A model generated the notes under the pieces. The model made no database searches. It was not told the DNA's origin and was given only the letters and a program-made list of their open reading frames with translations. A stretch of 64,000 nucleotides of DNA from positions 611,097 through 675,096 of the forward strand of contig JBAZKE010000001.1 of assembly GCA_041650915.1 (NCBI GenBank), in the 5' to 3' direction. Position numbers and translations under genes: made by a program. This document shows positions 30,745 through 39,996 of this stretch, in pieces. The stretch's first letter is position 1; each line of letters opens with the position of its first letter. The DNA comes from Patescibacteria group bacterium. Its GTDB lineage: Bacteria; Patescibacteriota; Patescibacteriia; UBA10025; JAHIVO01.

Positions 30745-31944
30745 TTATTCGCGATAGAGCTTGAGTAACTCACTGACATGATTTACAAATGAATACTGGC
30801 GTAATGATGCAGAAGCGTTTGCACTGAGCTTAATACGCAATACCGGATCGTCGTGCAGCTTGCGGAGTGCACGCTCTAAATCATCCGTATCGCCCGGATT
30901 CACCGTCAGTCCGTTGACGTTGTCAACAATGAGCTCAGGTATCCCGCCAATATCACTCCCTACGACAGGCACCCCATACCCAAAGCTCTCATAGATGGCA
31001 ACGGGAGAATTATCATACCATACCGATGGTACTACCGCCACGGATGCTGCCTTAAACAGCTCTGCTTTTTGCACCCCTGATATGAAACCGGTTAAGGAAA
31101 TCCTGCTGTCCCCCAGCGCGAGCCGCCTTAGGTATGATTCCGTCGGCCCGGTTCCAGCGATAACGAGACGGCAATCATCCCCTTTAATATTTTTGAATGC
31201 GCGCACGAGAACATCAACCCCCTTATGTTCAACGAGCTGACCGATATAAAGTACTGTGAATTCAGATCTACGTTCTCGCTTTTCAGGAGCACCCGCAAAC
31301 CCGACGCCGAGCCGAACGGTTAGCAGTTTGCTCCCATGAAAATATCCGAGTTGGGAGTGGCATTTAAGAACGAACTCTGATGGAGCCGTCACTACATCAA
31401 TACGCCGTGATGTTGAGCGCTTGATGGATTGGAATATTTTTTCAAAAAAATTAAAATGTTTGATTATCTTGCCGCCCCTGAATAGTATTGCCCACGGGCT
31501 GATGAGCTGGTAGTCATGCAGGGTATGGACACTTTTCATGCTGCAGCTGCGGGCAGCTTTAAAAATTGACGTAGAAAAACCCGCAATGTTATGTGAGTGT
31601 ACCACGTCTGGTTTTTCTTTTTTTAAAATTGATTTCACCATGCAGTACGCGTGAATATTCCAGAGATCAATGATGTGCCAAACCGGCTTTAAAAATGCGG
31701 GGAGCTTACGCAGCGTATGAGGGGAGCAAATATTGATAGGATAAAAACGATATACGCGAACGTTGTCCGTAGTCTCTACGGTAGGCCTCAAGACATTGCG
31801 AAAACGGAACTTCGTAGTAGTTATGATAAAAGGATCGACCTCAGCACGAATTTGCCCGATGAGCTTCCGGACATACATCTCTGCTCCTCCAATTTCGTAT
31901 GGCCAGTATAGATTCGTAATGTATGCTACTTTCAGCTTTGCCAT
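30745..31944 (-). CDS. GT4 glycosyltransferase
   Basis: GGAE, HTLHDY, GQLVEHKGV, PSVWYDNSPVAIYESF. Confidence 0.92.
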   Translation of the reverse strand: MAKLKVAYITNLYWPYEIGGAEMYVRKLIGQIRAEVDPFIITTTKFRFRNVLRPTVETTDNVRVYRFYPINICSPHTLRKLPAFLKPVWHIIDLWNIHAYCMVKSILKKEKPDVVHSHNIAGFSTSIFKAARSCSMKSVHTLHDYQLISPWAILFRGGKIIKHFNFFEKIFQSIKRSTSRRIDVVTAPSEFVLKCHSQLGYFHGSKLLTVRLGVGFAGAPEKRERRSEFTVLYIGQLVEHKGVDVLVRAFKNIKGDDCRLVIAGTGPTESYLRRLALGDSRISLTGFISGVQKAELFKAASVAVVPSVWYDNSPVAIYESFGYGVPVVGSDIGGIPELIVDNVNGLTVNPGDTDDLERALRKLHDDPVLRIKLSANASASLRQYSFVNHVSELLKLYRE

Positions 31945-31949
31945 GGTTG

Positions 31950-32966
31950 TTATTTTTTCCCTAATTTTTCTATCAGAGCATTAGCAAACTCATTGATACT
32001 GCCCGGTTCAACGAGCACGTCACCCGGCTGGCTTACCTCAGGATGAGCGCACAGGTTAAAAACTACCGCCGATTTTCCGCATGCGTGGGCTTCCGCCAAT
32101 GGCAAATTATATCCCTCCCATTGACTGGCGGAAACGTATACATCACTTGCCGCATAATACTCCGGCAGCTCATTATCAGGCACAAACCCTGCAAAGATGA
32201 CCGCATTGGTCGCGAGGCTCAATAATTGGCGTTTGTACGCCTCGAATGTGGGCTCCCCTACGATGAGTAGTTTGGCCTGTGGAACCGCCTTAGAAACGCG
32301 TTTAAATGCGTGTAGGAGGGTATGTAATCCTTTGTGGGGTGAAATACGCCCAATATACAACGCCAGGGGTACGTTGCCAATACCTAGGTTTTTTCGGATT
32401 CGTTCTCCTGAAATGCCTGGGTGAAAACGTACCGTATCAATGGTATTGTATTTGACCTCACTTATAACGCCCGTTTCTTCACGTAAAACATCCGCCAAAT
32501 ACTTGCTGATCGAAATAACGCGATCCGCTCTTTTTATCGTTAGGTTTGTCAGCATCCGAAAAATCCGGATATACAGCTGTTCGAAAAAATTTTGAAATGT
32601 TTCCGGCGGGGCGATGCCGTGATTATAATACACATATTCGGTATTAAAAGATTTCTTTGCTTTGAGTGCAATGATATTCATCGGATATTGGTGGCTGTAT
32701 ATGGCGTCAAATCCATTTAATTGCAGGCTCGTATCCATTACTTTTTTAAAATCCAAAAAAAACAAGAGGCGGTAAATTCGCTGCCATCTCAGCGAATAAG
32801 GCATGCCAATCGTTTCTACCTTATAGCCGTGCGGTTCAATATCGGATGAGAGCGTAAAAACAGTTACTTCGTTTCCCTTCCGTACAAGTGATGCTGCCTG
32901 CTGTTCTGCAACGCGATCAATGCCGCTGAACTTGGAAAATGTGGCTGCTAGAATTGCAACTTTCAT
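31950..32966 (-). CDS. GT4 glycosyltransferase
   Basis: GRISPHKG, SQWEGYNLPLAEAHACG. Confidence 0.92.
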   Translation of the reverse strand: MKVAILAATFSKFSGIDRVAEQQAASLVRKGNEVTVFTLSSDIEPHGYKVETIGMPYSLRWQRIYRLLFFLDFKKVMDTSLQLNGFDAIYSHQYPMNIIALKAKKSFNTEYVYYNHGIAPPETFQNFFEQLYIRIFRMLTNLTIKRADRVISISKYLADVLREETGVISEVKYNTIDTVRFHPGISGERIRKNLGIGNVPLALYIGRISPHKGLHTLLHAFKRVSKAVPQAKLLIVGEPTFEAYKRQLLSLATNAVIFAGFVPDNELPEYYAASDVYVSASQWEGYNLPLAEAHACGKSAVVFNLCAHPEVSQPGDVLVEPGSINEFANALIEKLGKK

Positions 32967-33076
32967 AGGTACCTCTTTTTCTGAACTATATAATTCTCAA
33001 ACCGTATGTATTTGCCAATTGGTATAGTTTAAAAATTTTAACTAAAAATATACCAAGTATAAAACAATTAAATTGG

Positions 33077-33559
33077 TTAGCATCCTCGAGGGATTTTTCT
33101 AATTGTATCGATAATCTTAGTGGTGGATTGCAAGTTTCTTTTTCGATGAATCAGAACGAGCTTTCCTCCATGTCGTTTTACAGCAGGCGCCTCAACACAC
33201 TTTTTGCCGTACTCCGAGCTGTTAACGTGCACATCTGGACGTACAATATTGATAAATGCAATCGGATTTAGCTCGCCGAAAACATACAGGTAATCGACGT
33301 ATTGAATCGCTTCCAATACCGCAAGCCTGTTGTTCAGCGTCATCACTGGACGGTACTTGCCCTTATATCTTTTAACCGATGCGTCGCTATTGACGCCGAC
33401 GATGAGCACATCACCGTACGTTTTCGCTTTGCGCAGCAAAAAGACATGCCCGGCGTGAAAAATATCAAACGAACCGTTTGTTGTTACGATTTTTTTTCGG
33501 TGTGTCCGCAGTTTTGTAACAAGAGTAACGAGCTCCTGTTTACTGAGCCTTTTATTCAT
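33077..33559 (-). CDS. hldC: D-glycero-beta-D-manno-heptose 1-phosphate adenylyltransferase (RfaE domain II)
   Basis: TNGSFDIFHAGH, VGVNSDASVKRYKG..RP, C-terminal STT; in operon with gmhA/gmhB/hldA; start at ATG 33559. Confidence 0.85.
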   Translation of the reverse strand: MNKRLSKQELVTLVTKLRTHRKKIVTTNGSFDIFHAGHVFLLRKAKTYGDVLIVGVNSDASVKRYKGKYRPVMTLNNRLAVLEAIQYVDYLYVFGELNPIAFINIVRPDVHVNSSEYGKKCVEAPAVKRHGGKLVLIHRKRNLQSTTKIIDTIRKIPRGC

Positions 33560-34085
33560 GATGCTGTATCCATTTACCGGCAGCGAGCAAATTATCCGCC
33601 GTATAAGTTGGTTGCCCATCTGCTCGGTTATATGACATTCCGCTGCCTGTTCGAACAAGGATTGTCTTCGTATTCAATGCAATCCCCGCTTGAATATCAT
33701 TAACGCTGTCACCGATTACATAAGATTGTGAAAAGTCAATGTCATATCTTTCAGCGGCCGCTCTATAATTACCGAGCTGGGGCTTGCGGCAATTACATGA
33801 TTCTTCTGGTGTATGCGGGCATAGATATATTGCACAAATGGTAATGCCTTGCTCATCAAGCTGCTTCAGCATGTTTTTCATAAATGCATGGCATTCTTCT
33901 TGGGTGAAATATTTACGTCCGATACCGGATTGGTTTGTAATAATGATGAGGATAAATCCCAGTTGTTGCAGGAGACGAAGCCCTTCAATGACCCCTGGAA
34001 AAAATTCCAAATCTTCGATCTTGTAAGTATACCCATGATCTACGGTGATTGTTCCGTCCCGATCTAAAAAAACTGCTTTGTGCAT
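33552..34085 (-). CDS. gmhB: D-glycero-D-manno-heptose 1,7-bisphosphate phosphatase
   Basis: FLDRDGT, TNQSGIGR, CPH...C.CRKP, IGD. Confidence 0.92.
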   Translation of the reverse strand: MHKAVFLDRDGTITVDHGYTYKIEDLEFFPGVIEGLRLLQQLGFILIIITNQSGIGRKYFTQEECHAFMKNMLKQLDEQGITICAIYLCPHTPEESCNCRKPQLGNYRAAAERYDIDFSQSYVIGDSVNDIQAGIALNTKTILVRTGSGMSYNRADGQPTYTADNLLAAGKWIQHHE

Positions 34086-34088
34086 ACT

Positions 34089-35084
34089 TCAGACCGTAAG
34101 CTGCCGCATCAATTCTTGTTTCGTAACAGTTGACGTGCCGCGTTTGCCAATGCTAATTTTTGCGGCGTATGCGGCAAGCGTCGTAGCTTCTATCGGTTGC
34201 AGGGTGCCTGCGGTGAGTGCAATAACGGCGGCGACAGTATCGCCGGCGCCAGAAACATCAAGTACCGTATCTGCAAATGATGGGATTGTCTTGCACAATC
34301 CGTTTCCGGTGACCAGATACATACCTTTACTTCCCCGGGTGAGAAGTACGTTCTTGATTTTTAAATCTCTTTGCAACTGCCGCGCCAATTCGGTAAGTTT
34401 TGCCTCCGATTCATCATAGGTACTGTACATTTTTAAAAGCTCAATTTCATTCGGCGTAATGTAATCAGCGCCGCTATAATATGATTTATTCTTTGGCTTT
34501 GGATCGATGATGACGTACTTCCTGGCAGCTTGAGCGCGTTTAATGATAGTTGACGTTAATCGCTTGGTGAGTACTCCTTTCTGATAATCTGAAAAAAGGA
34601 CGCAATCGACCTGTTTTAAAGCCGAAGTGGCATAGCGAATAATTTTATTTTCCAGCTGCAAACTTATTTTTTTCACATGTTCTTCGTCAACCCGGAGCAA
34701 CTGTTGTCCATGCGATACGATCCTCATCTTGACAATTGTCGGCCGATGATGATCCACAAATATCCCCGCTTCATCCATCTTGCTTTTCTTGAGCGTATGG
34801 AGAAAACTGCCTGCAAGATCCTGATGATTCCCCTGATCGCCGATAACTCCGGCCAAGAGAACCTTTCCCCCTAATGCACGAATATTTTCCGCTGCATTGG
34901 CCGCACCGCCGAGCTTGTAATATTTTTTTTCTGTAGTCACAACCAGCACAGGGGCTTCTTGTGAAATAGAGCGCGGCGACCCCTCAATATACAAATCGAG
35001 CATGAGATCTCCAATGACTAGGATTCTTTTTTTTGAAAAAGTTTTTACGGCTGAAATATACTTGGAATTAGATTTCATTTTCAT
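34089..35084 (-). CDS. hldA: D-glycero-beta-D-manno-heptose 7-phosphate kinase (RfaE domain I)
   Basis: IGDLMLD, ISQEAPV, GGAAN, SDYQKG, TPNE.E, DVSGAGDT. Confidence 0.92.
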   Translation of the reverse strand: MKMKSNSKYISAVKTFSKKRILVIGDLMLDLYIEGSPRSISQEAPVLVVTTEKKYYKLGGAANAAENIRALGGKVLLAGVIGDQGNHQDLAGSFLHTLKKSKMDEAGIFVDHHRPTIVKMRIVSHGQQLLRVDEEHVKKISLQLENKIIRYATSALKQVDCVLFSDYQKGVLTKRLTSTIIKRAQAARKYVIIDPKPKNKSYYSGADYITPNEIELLKMYSTYDESEAKLTELARQLQRDLKIKNVLLTRGSKGMYLVTGNGLCKTIPSFADTVLDVSGAGDTVAAVIALTAGTLQPIEATTLAAYAAKISIGKRGTSTVTKQELMRQLTV

Positions 35085-35103
35085 ATACAAATAACTTTAC
35101 CTG

Positions 35104-35706
35104 TTACGTGAAGAGTCCTTGCTCGACGAGGTCGCAGATAACGTGCAGGACAGTTATGTGCCCTTCCTGAATCCGCGGGGTGTCAGTATGCGGTATGACG
35201 ATGGGGATATCAAGATGTTTGAGAATTTCCTTGCCGTTCAATGATGCCAGTCCAATGATCCGCATTCCTGCGGTTTTTGCCGCAAGAATCGCCTGCCCAA
35301 TATTTGCCGAGTGGCCGTGTTTTTGGAATGAAACATCACTCGTTGTCATCACAATTAAAATATCCTCTTCTTTCCCGAGTGCCTGGACTTGCTTTTTAAA
35401 AATTTCTTCAAACCCAGAATCATTGCCAATAGACGTTAACGCTGAGCTATCAGTTGTTAGTGCTATGGCAGGAAGCGGCTTCCGGTCTATGTTAAACCGA
35501 TTTATGAATTCTGCCGCAAAGTGCTGTGCATCAGCGGCCGACCCTCCATTGCCGCACACTAAAACCTTGCCGCCACCTTTAAGGCAGCTGAGAATGGCTT
35601 CCGTTGCCTGTAGTACGCTCTGTGGCAATGTTTTAGCCATTTCATATTTCAGTGCAGCGCTCTGCTCAAATTGCTGTTGTACCTGCATTGTGGAAATTTT
35701 TGCCAT
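35104..35706 (-). CDS. gmhA: Sedoheptulose 7-phosphate isomerase
   Basis: CGNGGSAADAQHFAAE, TSIGND, TPRIQEGH; short insertion after TTS. Confidence 0.94.
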   Translation of the reverse strand: MAKISTMQVQQQFEQSAALKYEMAKTLPQSVLQATEAILSCLKGGGKVLVCGNGGSAADAQHFAAEFINRFNIDRKPLPAIALTTDSSALTSIGNDSGFEEIFKKQVQALGKEEDILIVMTTSDVSFQKHGHSANIGQAILAAKTAGMRIIGLASLNGKEILKHLDIPIVIPHTDTPRIQEGHITVLHVICDLVEQGLFT

Positions 35707-35721
35707 ACAATTTAATATTTT

Positions 35722-36891
35722 TTACGTCACGGTATGACCTGAAAATGCCACTTTAGTATACACGTTTGCTGTTAGTTGTGCCATTCTATCCCATGTGTAA
35801 TTTTGCACTATATCCGTTGCTGCCTTTACGTAACGGCCATACTGCTGATCGTTTTTTAAAAAAGCAGTAAGAGCGCGCGCTAAAGCTTCTCGATCACCTG
35901 CCTCGACCAGTTGAGCGCCCAAACCACGACGAGTGACCTCGGCAATCGGCTCAATATTTGTTGCTACTACCGGTATCCCGCACGCCATTGCTTCCGCGAT
36001 TACGATGCCAAATCCTTCTACGGCGGATGGCAAGCAAAAAACGTGGGACTGTTTCAGAACACGGATGACTTCGAGATATGCATTGATGAAACCCAGCAAC
36101 CGTATATTGTTCTGCAACCCGAGGCGGATAACCTCGGCTTCCAGTTTTTTCCGTTCGGGGCCAGTTCCAATAATGAGACACTGCACTGACGGGATATCCC
36201 TCTTGACCTGCGCAATGGCAGCTACCAAATCACCAACGCGCTTGTACGGCACGAGACGCGTGATGGAGCATACAGTCGGTTTAGAAAACTTTTCGACATG
36301 GAGTTGCCGCAGTGTATCCAAATCAACGCCGTTGTATACGACTGAAATATCACTATTAACAATTCCGGCTTTTATCAAATTGTTCTTGGTATAATTGCTG
36401 TTTGCGATAAAGTGGGTCCAGCGGCGATGCAGGTAAAACCGTTCGTAGAGTTCGCCAATATACCCCATGATGCCGAATATCTGTATCCATCGGCCTTTCC
36501 AAACGTCATGGCACGTCGCGATACGCGGCACTTTCAGTTTTCGGGCGGCGAACACTGCTGGAATGTAAGCAATAAAGCTCTGCGCGTCGATAATATCAGG
36601 CTTGAGATGGATTGCCTCACGGTACAGCTGGAGCATGAGCAGAAAGCGTTTCCAGAGCGAACCTCGGAACGTATAGCGAAACGCCGGCCCGCAATGAATA
36701 ACCCGAACGCCAGAAAAATGCTGCTCATGAGGAAGCGAGTCCTCATGGGCGGTCAGCACGGTTACTTCAAATGTTTTTTGGAGCCGTTTCGCTATCTGCC
36801 ACGAACGCATTTCAACACCGCCTCGCGTTTCGCCGTGTTCACTTCTTGGAAAAAATTCGCTAACGATTAATACTTTTTTTCTTGCGTTCAT
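35722..36891 (-). CDS. GT4 glycosyltransferase
   Basis: GGVE, RLVPYKRV, PSAVEGFGIVIAEAMACG; start at ATG 36891. Confidence 0.92.
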   Translation of the reverse strand: MNARKKVLIVSEFFPRSEHGETRGGVEMRSWQIAKRLQKTFEVTVLTAHEDSLPHEQHFSGVRVIHCGPAFRYTFRGSLWKRFLLMLQLYREAIHLKPDIIDAQSFIAYIPAVFAARKLKVPRIATCHDVWKGRWIQIFGIMGYIGELYERFYLHRRWTHFIANSNYTKNNLIKAGIVNSDISVVYNGVDLDTLRQLHVEKFSKPTVCSITRLVPYKRVGDLVAAIAQVKRDIPSVQCLIIGTGPERKKLEAEVIRLGLQNNIRLLGFINAYLEVIRVLKQSHVFCLPSAVEGFGIVIAEAMACGIPVVATNIEPIAEVTRRGLGAQLVEAGDREALARALTAFLKNDQQYGRYVKAATDIVQNYTWDRMAQLTANVYTKVAFSGHTVT

Positions 36892-37231
36892 CAGTCGCTT
36901 CGCTAATTTCAACATCCCCCCGCAGCGCCACCCGACGGACAATCTGGGTAATCTCCCGCTCGATATGTTCCATTTTCACATACAATCGGAACATTCCATA
37001 AAACAAGACAAGCAGTGCGAGGTAAATCACTGCGTCGACGCCACGTCCAACGCCGAGCATGTCAGCAATGATTGTGGTGGTTTGCGGAAGAACTGCCGCT
37101 ACGGCGATCCCAATCCACAGTACGCTCCAGAGTAAAAATTCAATAAGCGTTACGTGCTTTTCACGGAATCTTAAAAAAACGCGTGACAGTGCAAAAACGG
37201 TAAAAAGTATTATCAGGATTTTAATTGCCAT
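36860..37231 (-). CDS. DUF2304 membrane protein (GacJ/Rv3632-like activator of polyprenyl-P-sugar synthase)
   Basis: Three TMs, LGVGRGVDAVIY, EREITQIVRRVAL; directly after a DPM-like GT2. Confidence 0.88.
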   Translation of the reverse strand: MAIKILIILFTVFALSRVFLRFREKHVTLIEFLLWSVLWIGIAVAAVLPQTTTIIADMLGVGRGVDAVIYLALLVLFYGMFRLYVKMEHIEREITQIVRRVALRGDVEISEATDERKKKSINR

Positions 37232-37232
37232 A

Positions 37233-37907
37233 CTACTTGGTAATCCTTAAAACGATAAGTTTGATGAACGTCTTGACTCCGACGAAAAAACTCTGCCCTT
37301 TTGACAGCGAGTAATCGGAATAAATAGCCTTGATGGGAATTTCTTCATATTTAAAATTGTGAACTTTGATTTCTCGAATGATTTCCGACGAAACTTCCAT
37401 TCTGTTTGCTTTCAAGTCAAGGGAACGTGCGGCTTCATTGCTCAGTGCGCGCAATCCCGATTGGCTGTCTGTAACCATCATGCCGAACAAAAGGTACGTA
37501 ATGATATTGCCGATTCTGTTATATGCTCGGCGTATCAGCGGCATGCCACCCTTGGTCAATAACCGTGATCCGATGACAACATCAGCTTTACCGGATTTGA
37601 TGGGTTCAACAACGCGCTCAATGTCTTCTACGAGATGTTGGCCGTCCGAATCAAACGTAACGACAATATCGGCGCCCATGTGAATTGCTTTTGCTATGCC
37701 CGTACCCAGTGCACCGCCCAATCCCCTATTGAGCACATGAGAAACGACCACAACGCTTTCGGCATGTGCAATCGTTCCAGTCTGGTCTGTAGAACAATCG
37801 TTCACAACAATTATATTATCCGGGCTATACGTATGCTTCAGATTCCTCAGTACTGAACCGATCATCTGTTCCTCATTGTACGCCGGTACTACGATGCAAA
37901 CTTTCAT
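37233..37907 (-). CDS. DPM1-like GT2 polyprenyl-phosphate glycosyltransferase (GacI/PpgS-like)
   Basis: PAYNE, VNDCSTD, NRGLGGAL, FDSDGQH, GSR, TDSQSGLRA. Confidence 0.9.
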   Translation of the reverse strand: MKVCIVVPAYNEEQMIGSVLRNLKHTYSPDNIIVVNDCSTDQTGTIAHAESVVVVSHVLNRGLGGALGTGIAKAIHMGADIVVTFDSDGQHLVEDIERVVEPIKSGKADVVIGSRLLTKGGMPLIRRAYNRIGNIITYLLFGMMVTDSQSGLRALSNEAARSLDLKANRMEVSSEIIREIKVHNFKYEEIPIKAIYSDYSLSKGQSFFVGVKTFIKLIVLRITK

Positions 37908-38332
37908 ATCGTGTCGTCGATATTACGTGGAAGATCATCATCGGGCTGTGACAAAACGAATCCGATTACGAGGGTGATAATACCTGCGACTGAAGATAAT
38001 AACCACGATTGGGGCCCGACGCTGCGTGTAGAATACCATGTTACGATAAAGCCAATAATGGCTAAAGAAAAAATGTAAATGTAATCAATTGCTCCAGGTT
38101 TTTTTTGTTCTGCGTGACTGTCATCGTCTGTTTTCAAAAAAAAGTTCAAAAATCCTGAACCCACTATCAAAACAAGAATATAGTGAGGATTAAACGTTCC
38201 GGTTACGAAACTAGTAAACAAATTTTCAATTATCAATAATACTAAATAAAAAATTAAAGAGCCAACAAAGACTATTACATTAATCTCAGCAGCTACTTGT
38301 TTTTTAACCGTATTGGTGTCACTTTTTTTCAT
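37904..38332 (-). CDS. Uncharacterised 4-TM membrane protein (paralog of 15217-15633)
   Basis: SLIFYLVLLIIENLFTSFVT motif; four TMs; ATGA overlap with the GT2; start at ATG 38332. Confidence 0.75.
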   Translation of the reverse strand: MKKSDTNTVKKQVAAEINVIVFVGSLIFYLVLLIIENLFTSFVTGTFNPHYILVLIVGSGFLNFFLKTDDDSHAEQKKPGAIDYIYIFSLAIIGFIVTWYSTRSVGPQSWLLSSVAGIITLVIGFVLSQPDDDLPRNIDDTI

Positions 38333-38364
38333 TGATGCGGATTTTAACGTTTTAAAACCAATAC

Positions 38365-38393
38365 TTGCGGTAATAAAACGCATTTGATATGAT
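38365..38393 (+). promoter_or_regulatory. Putative promoter for the 522-aa surface protein
   Basis: TTGCGG, 17 bp, TGaTATGAT. Confidence 0.5.
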
Positions 38394-38425
38394 GCTACTA
38401 TAACAGAAAAGTTACTCTATTTCAA

Positions 38426-39994
38426 GTGTTCAATTTCATCAAAAAACGGAGAGAAAAAATCACCATCAATCACACAAAACGGATCGTCATCGAGGTATTT
38501 GTAATTGCGTGTTTTTTTGTCATACTCGGCCTAATCAATAAAAATTTCCTCCTCTTTTCTAGCAGCGTTCATTTTACTTATTCGTATCCGGAAAATCAGC
38601 TGATCATTACACCTCTCACCCCAGTGAATAATGAAGGTTTGATTGGCCAATCGGATGCACTGCAATACCAAGTTAACAAACAAATGCTTGCGAGTGAGAC
38701 TACAAATTTCAGTGTGCAATTGCCGGAACCAATGGGCAATAATTTTTCAGAAGCGGTCATTACTGTGCAGTATAATCCACAGAATGAATCCGAAGCGCTC
38801 CTTGGAATTAAAAATGCGTCGACTGGAGATTTTGATTATAAGCCGATTTATAATCGGATACTCGAAGAACTCTCGTGGAATTCAGTCACAAACGGCACGA
38901 CCACACTTTTCCAAAAAAACCAATCTATTGCCACTTATGAAAACTTTATTGATAACCCGCCGCAAGTTTTGAAGAATGAAATCAATAATGGCGACCAGAC
39001 AACAACATCATTTCAGGCATCAGGAGCACAGTACTACTCTATTTTTGATCAATCACAGATTGTTGACAAACAATTGCAGAATTATTACTCACGAGCGACA
39101 ACTACTTCCACTCCTTTCATCGAAGGCGGCATGCGTGCCTACACTTATGTCCAATCTGAATCAACGCTGGAAATCACTGTAGATAAAATCGATAATAATT
39201 ATTATGACGGCGCTGACCCATTAGAAATCATTGTTTATGACGCCACAGGGAATGAAAAACTGCACGTGAGTTTGAAAGATGATGGTAATATCACAAATAA
39301 TACCCAGAATGGCTTGTTGCAATCGCGCTTGATTCCAATCAACGGCGCGCACGGATTGTATACTATCGTGCTGATCGGAATGGACACCTACAGCAGGCTC
39401 GCGACGAATCAGCCATTGTTGGTAGTCGAAGATAGCCTGATGATTGATGAATCTTTTTTAGAAATACAAAATGATCCGTTTACGCTTTTTACCGAAGCAT
39501 ACAACGTCATATTTCCTACCTGGCATTTCCCCGCAACTAACCAAACAGTAATCATTAATGGTTCGCGGGAGTTTATCCTCGATGACACACGTTCAGAAGT
39601 CAAATCGGTTTCACTGCATCTTGGGCAGCCGGAACATACGTTAAACTCTATTACGCTCAATAAAAACCATGTGAGCATAAAAACCGCGGATACTCCCGTA
39701 AAACGATTTTTCTCTTTTTCAAAAGATTCATACTTTAATCCCTCCCCGGTTACACTGACGGCTTTTAATGCTGAGAGTGACCTTGCTGACGACTCACCGA
39801 TTGAATATATTCTCACTGACTATCAGCTGACCCAGATGAAAAACGGCTCCATGGTCACTACGCTTACGTTCGATTTGGATAGCAATTCCTACTTTGATGA
39901 TCGCACAATTCAATTTGCGCTCAAAATTCCAGATTTTCATAAAACAAAAAATAATTTTGAGATTCACTCAATTGATATTGAACTGCAGCGGTAA
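38426..39994 (+). CDS. Uncharacterised N-terminally anchored, beta-rich extracytoplasmic protein (paralog of 15633-17174), rich in N-x-S/T
   Basis: Basic N-terminus + one TM; colinear similarity to the 513-aa protein. Confidence 0.8.
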   Translation: MFNFIKKRREKITINHTKRIVIEVFVIACFFVILGLINKNFLLFSSSVHFTYSYPENQLIITPLTPVNNEGLIGQSDALQYQVNKQMLASETTNFSVQLPEPMGNNFSEAVITVQYNPQNESEALLGIKNASTGDFDYKPIYNRILEELSWNSVTNGTTTLFQKNQSIATYENFIDNPPQVLKNEINNGDQTTTSFQASGAQYYSIFDQSQIVDKQLQNYYSRATTTSTPFIEGGMRAYTYVQSESTLEITVDKIDNNYYDGADPLEIIVYDATGNEKLHVSLKDDGNITNNTQNGLLQSRLIPINGAHGLYTIVLIGMDTYSRLATNQPLLVVEDSLMIDESFLEIQNDPFTLFTEAYNVIFPTWHFPATNQTVIINGSREFILDDTRSEVKSVSLHLGQPEHTLNSITLNKNHVSIKTADTPVKRFFSFSKDSYFNPSPVTLTAFNAESDLADDSPIEYILTDYQLTQMKNGSMVTTLTFDLDSNSYFDDRTIQFALKIPDFHKTKNNFEIHSIDIELQR

Positions 39995-39996
39995 TC

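Noticed and set aside
33077-33559. Cytidylyltransferase-fold gene read as TagD (CDP-glycerol synthesis, partnering gpsA)
   Set aside because: The TNGSFD/NSDASV/KG..RP motifs and coupling to gmhB-hldA-gmhA favour HldC
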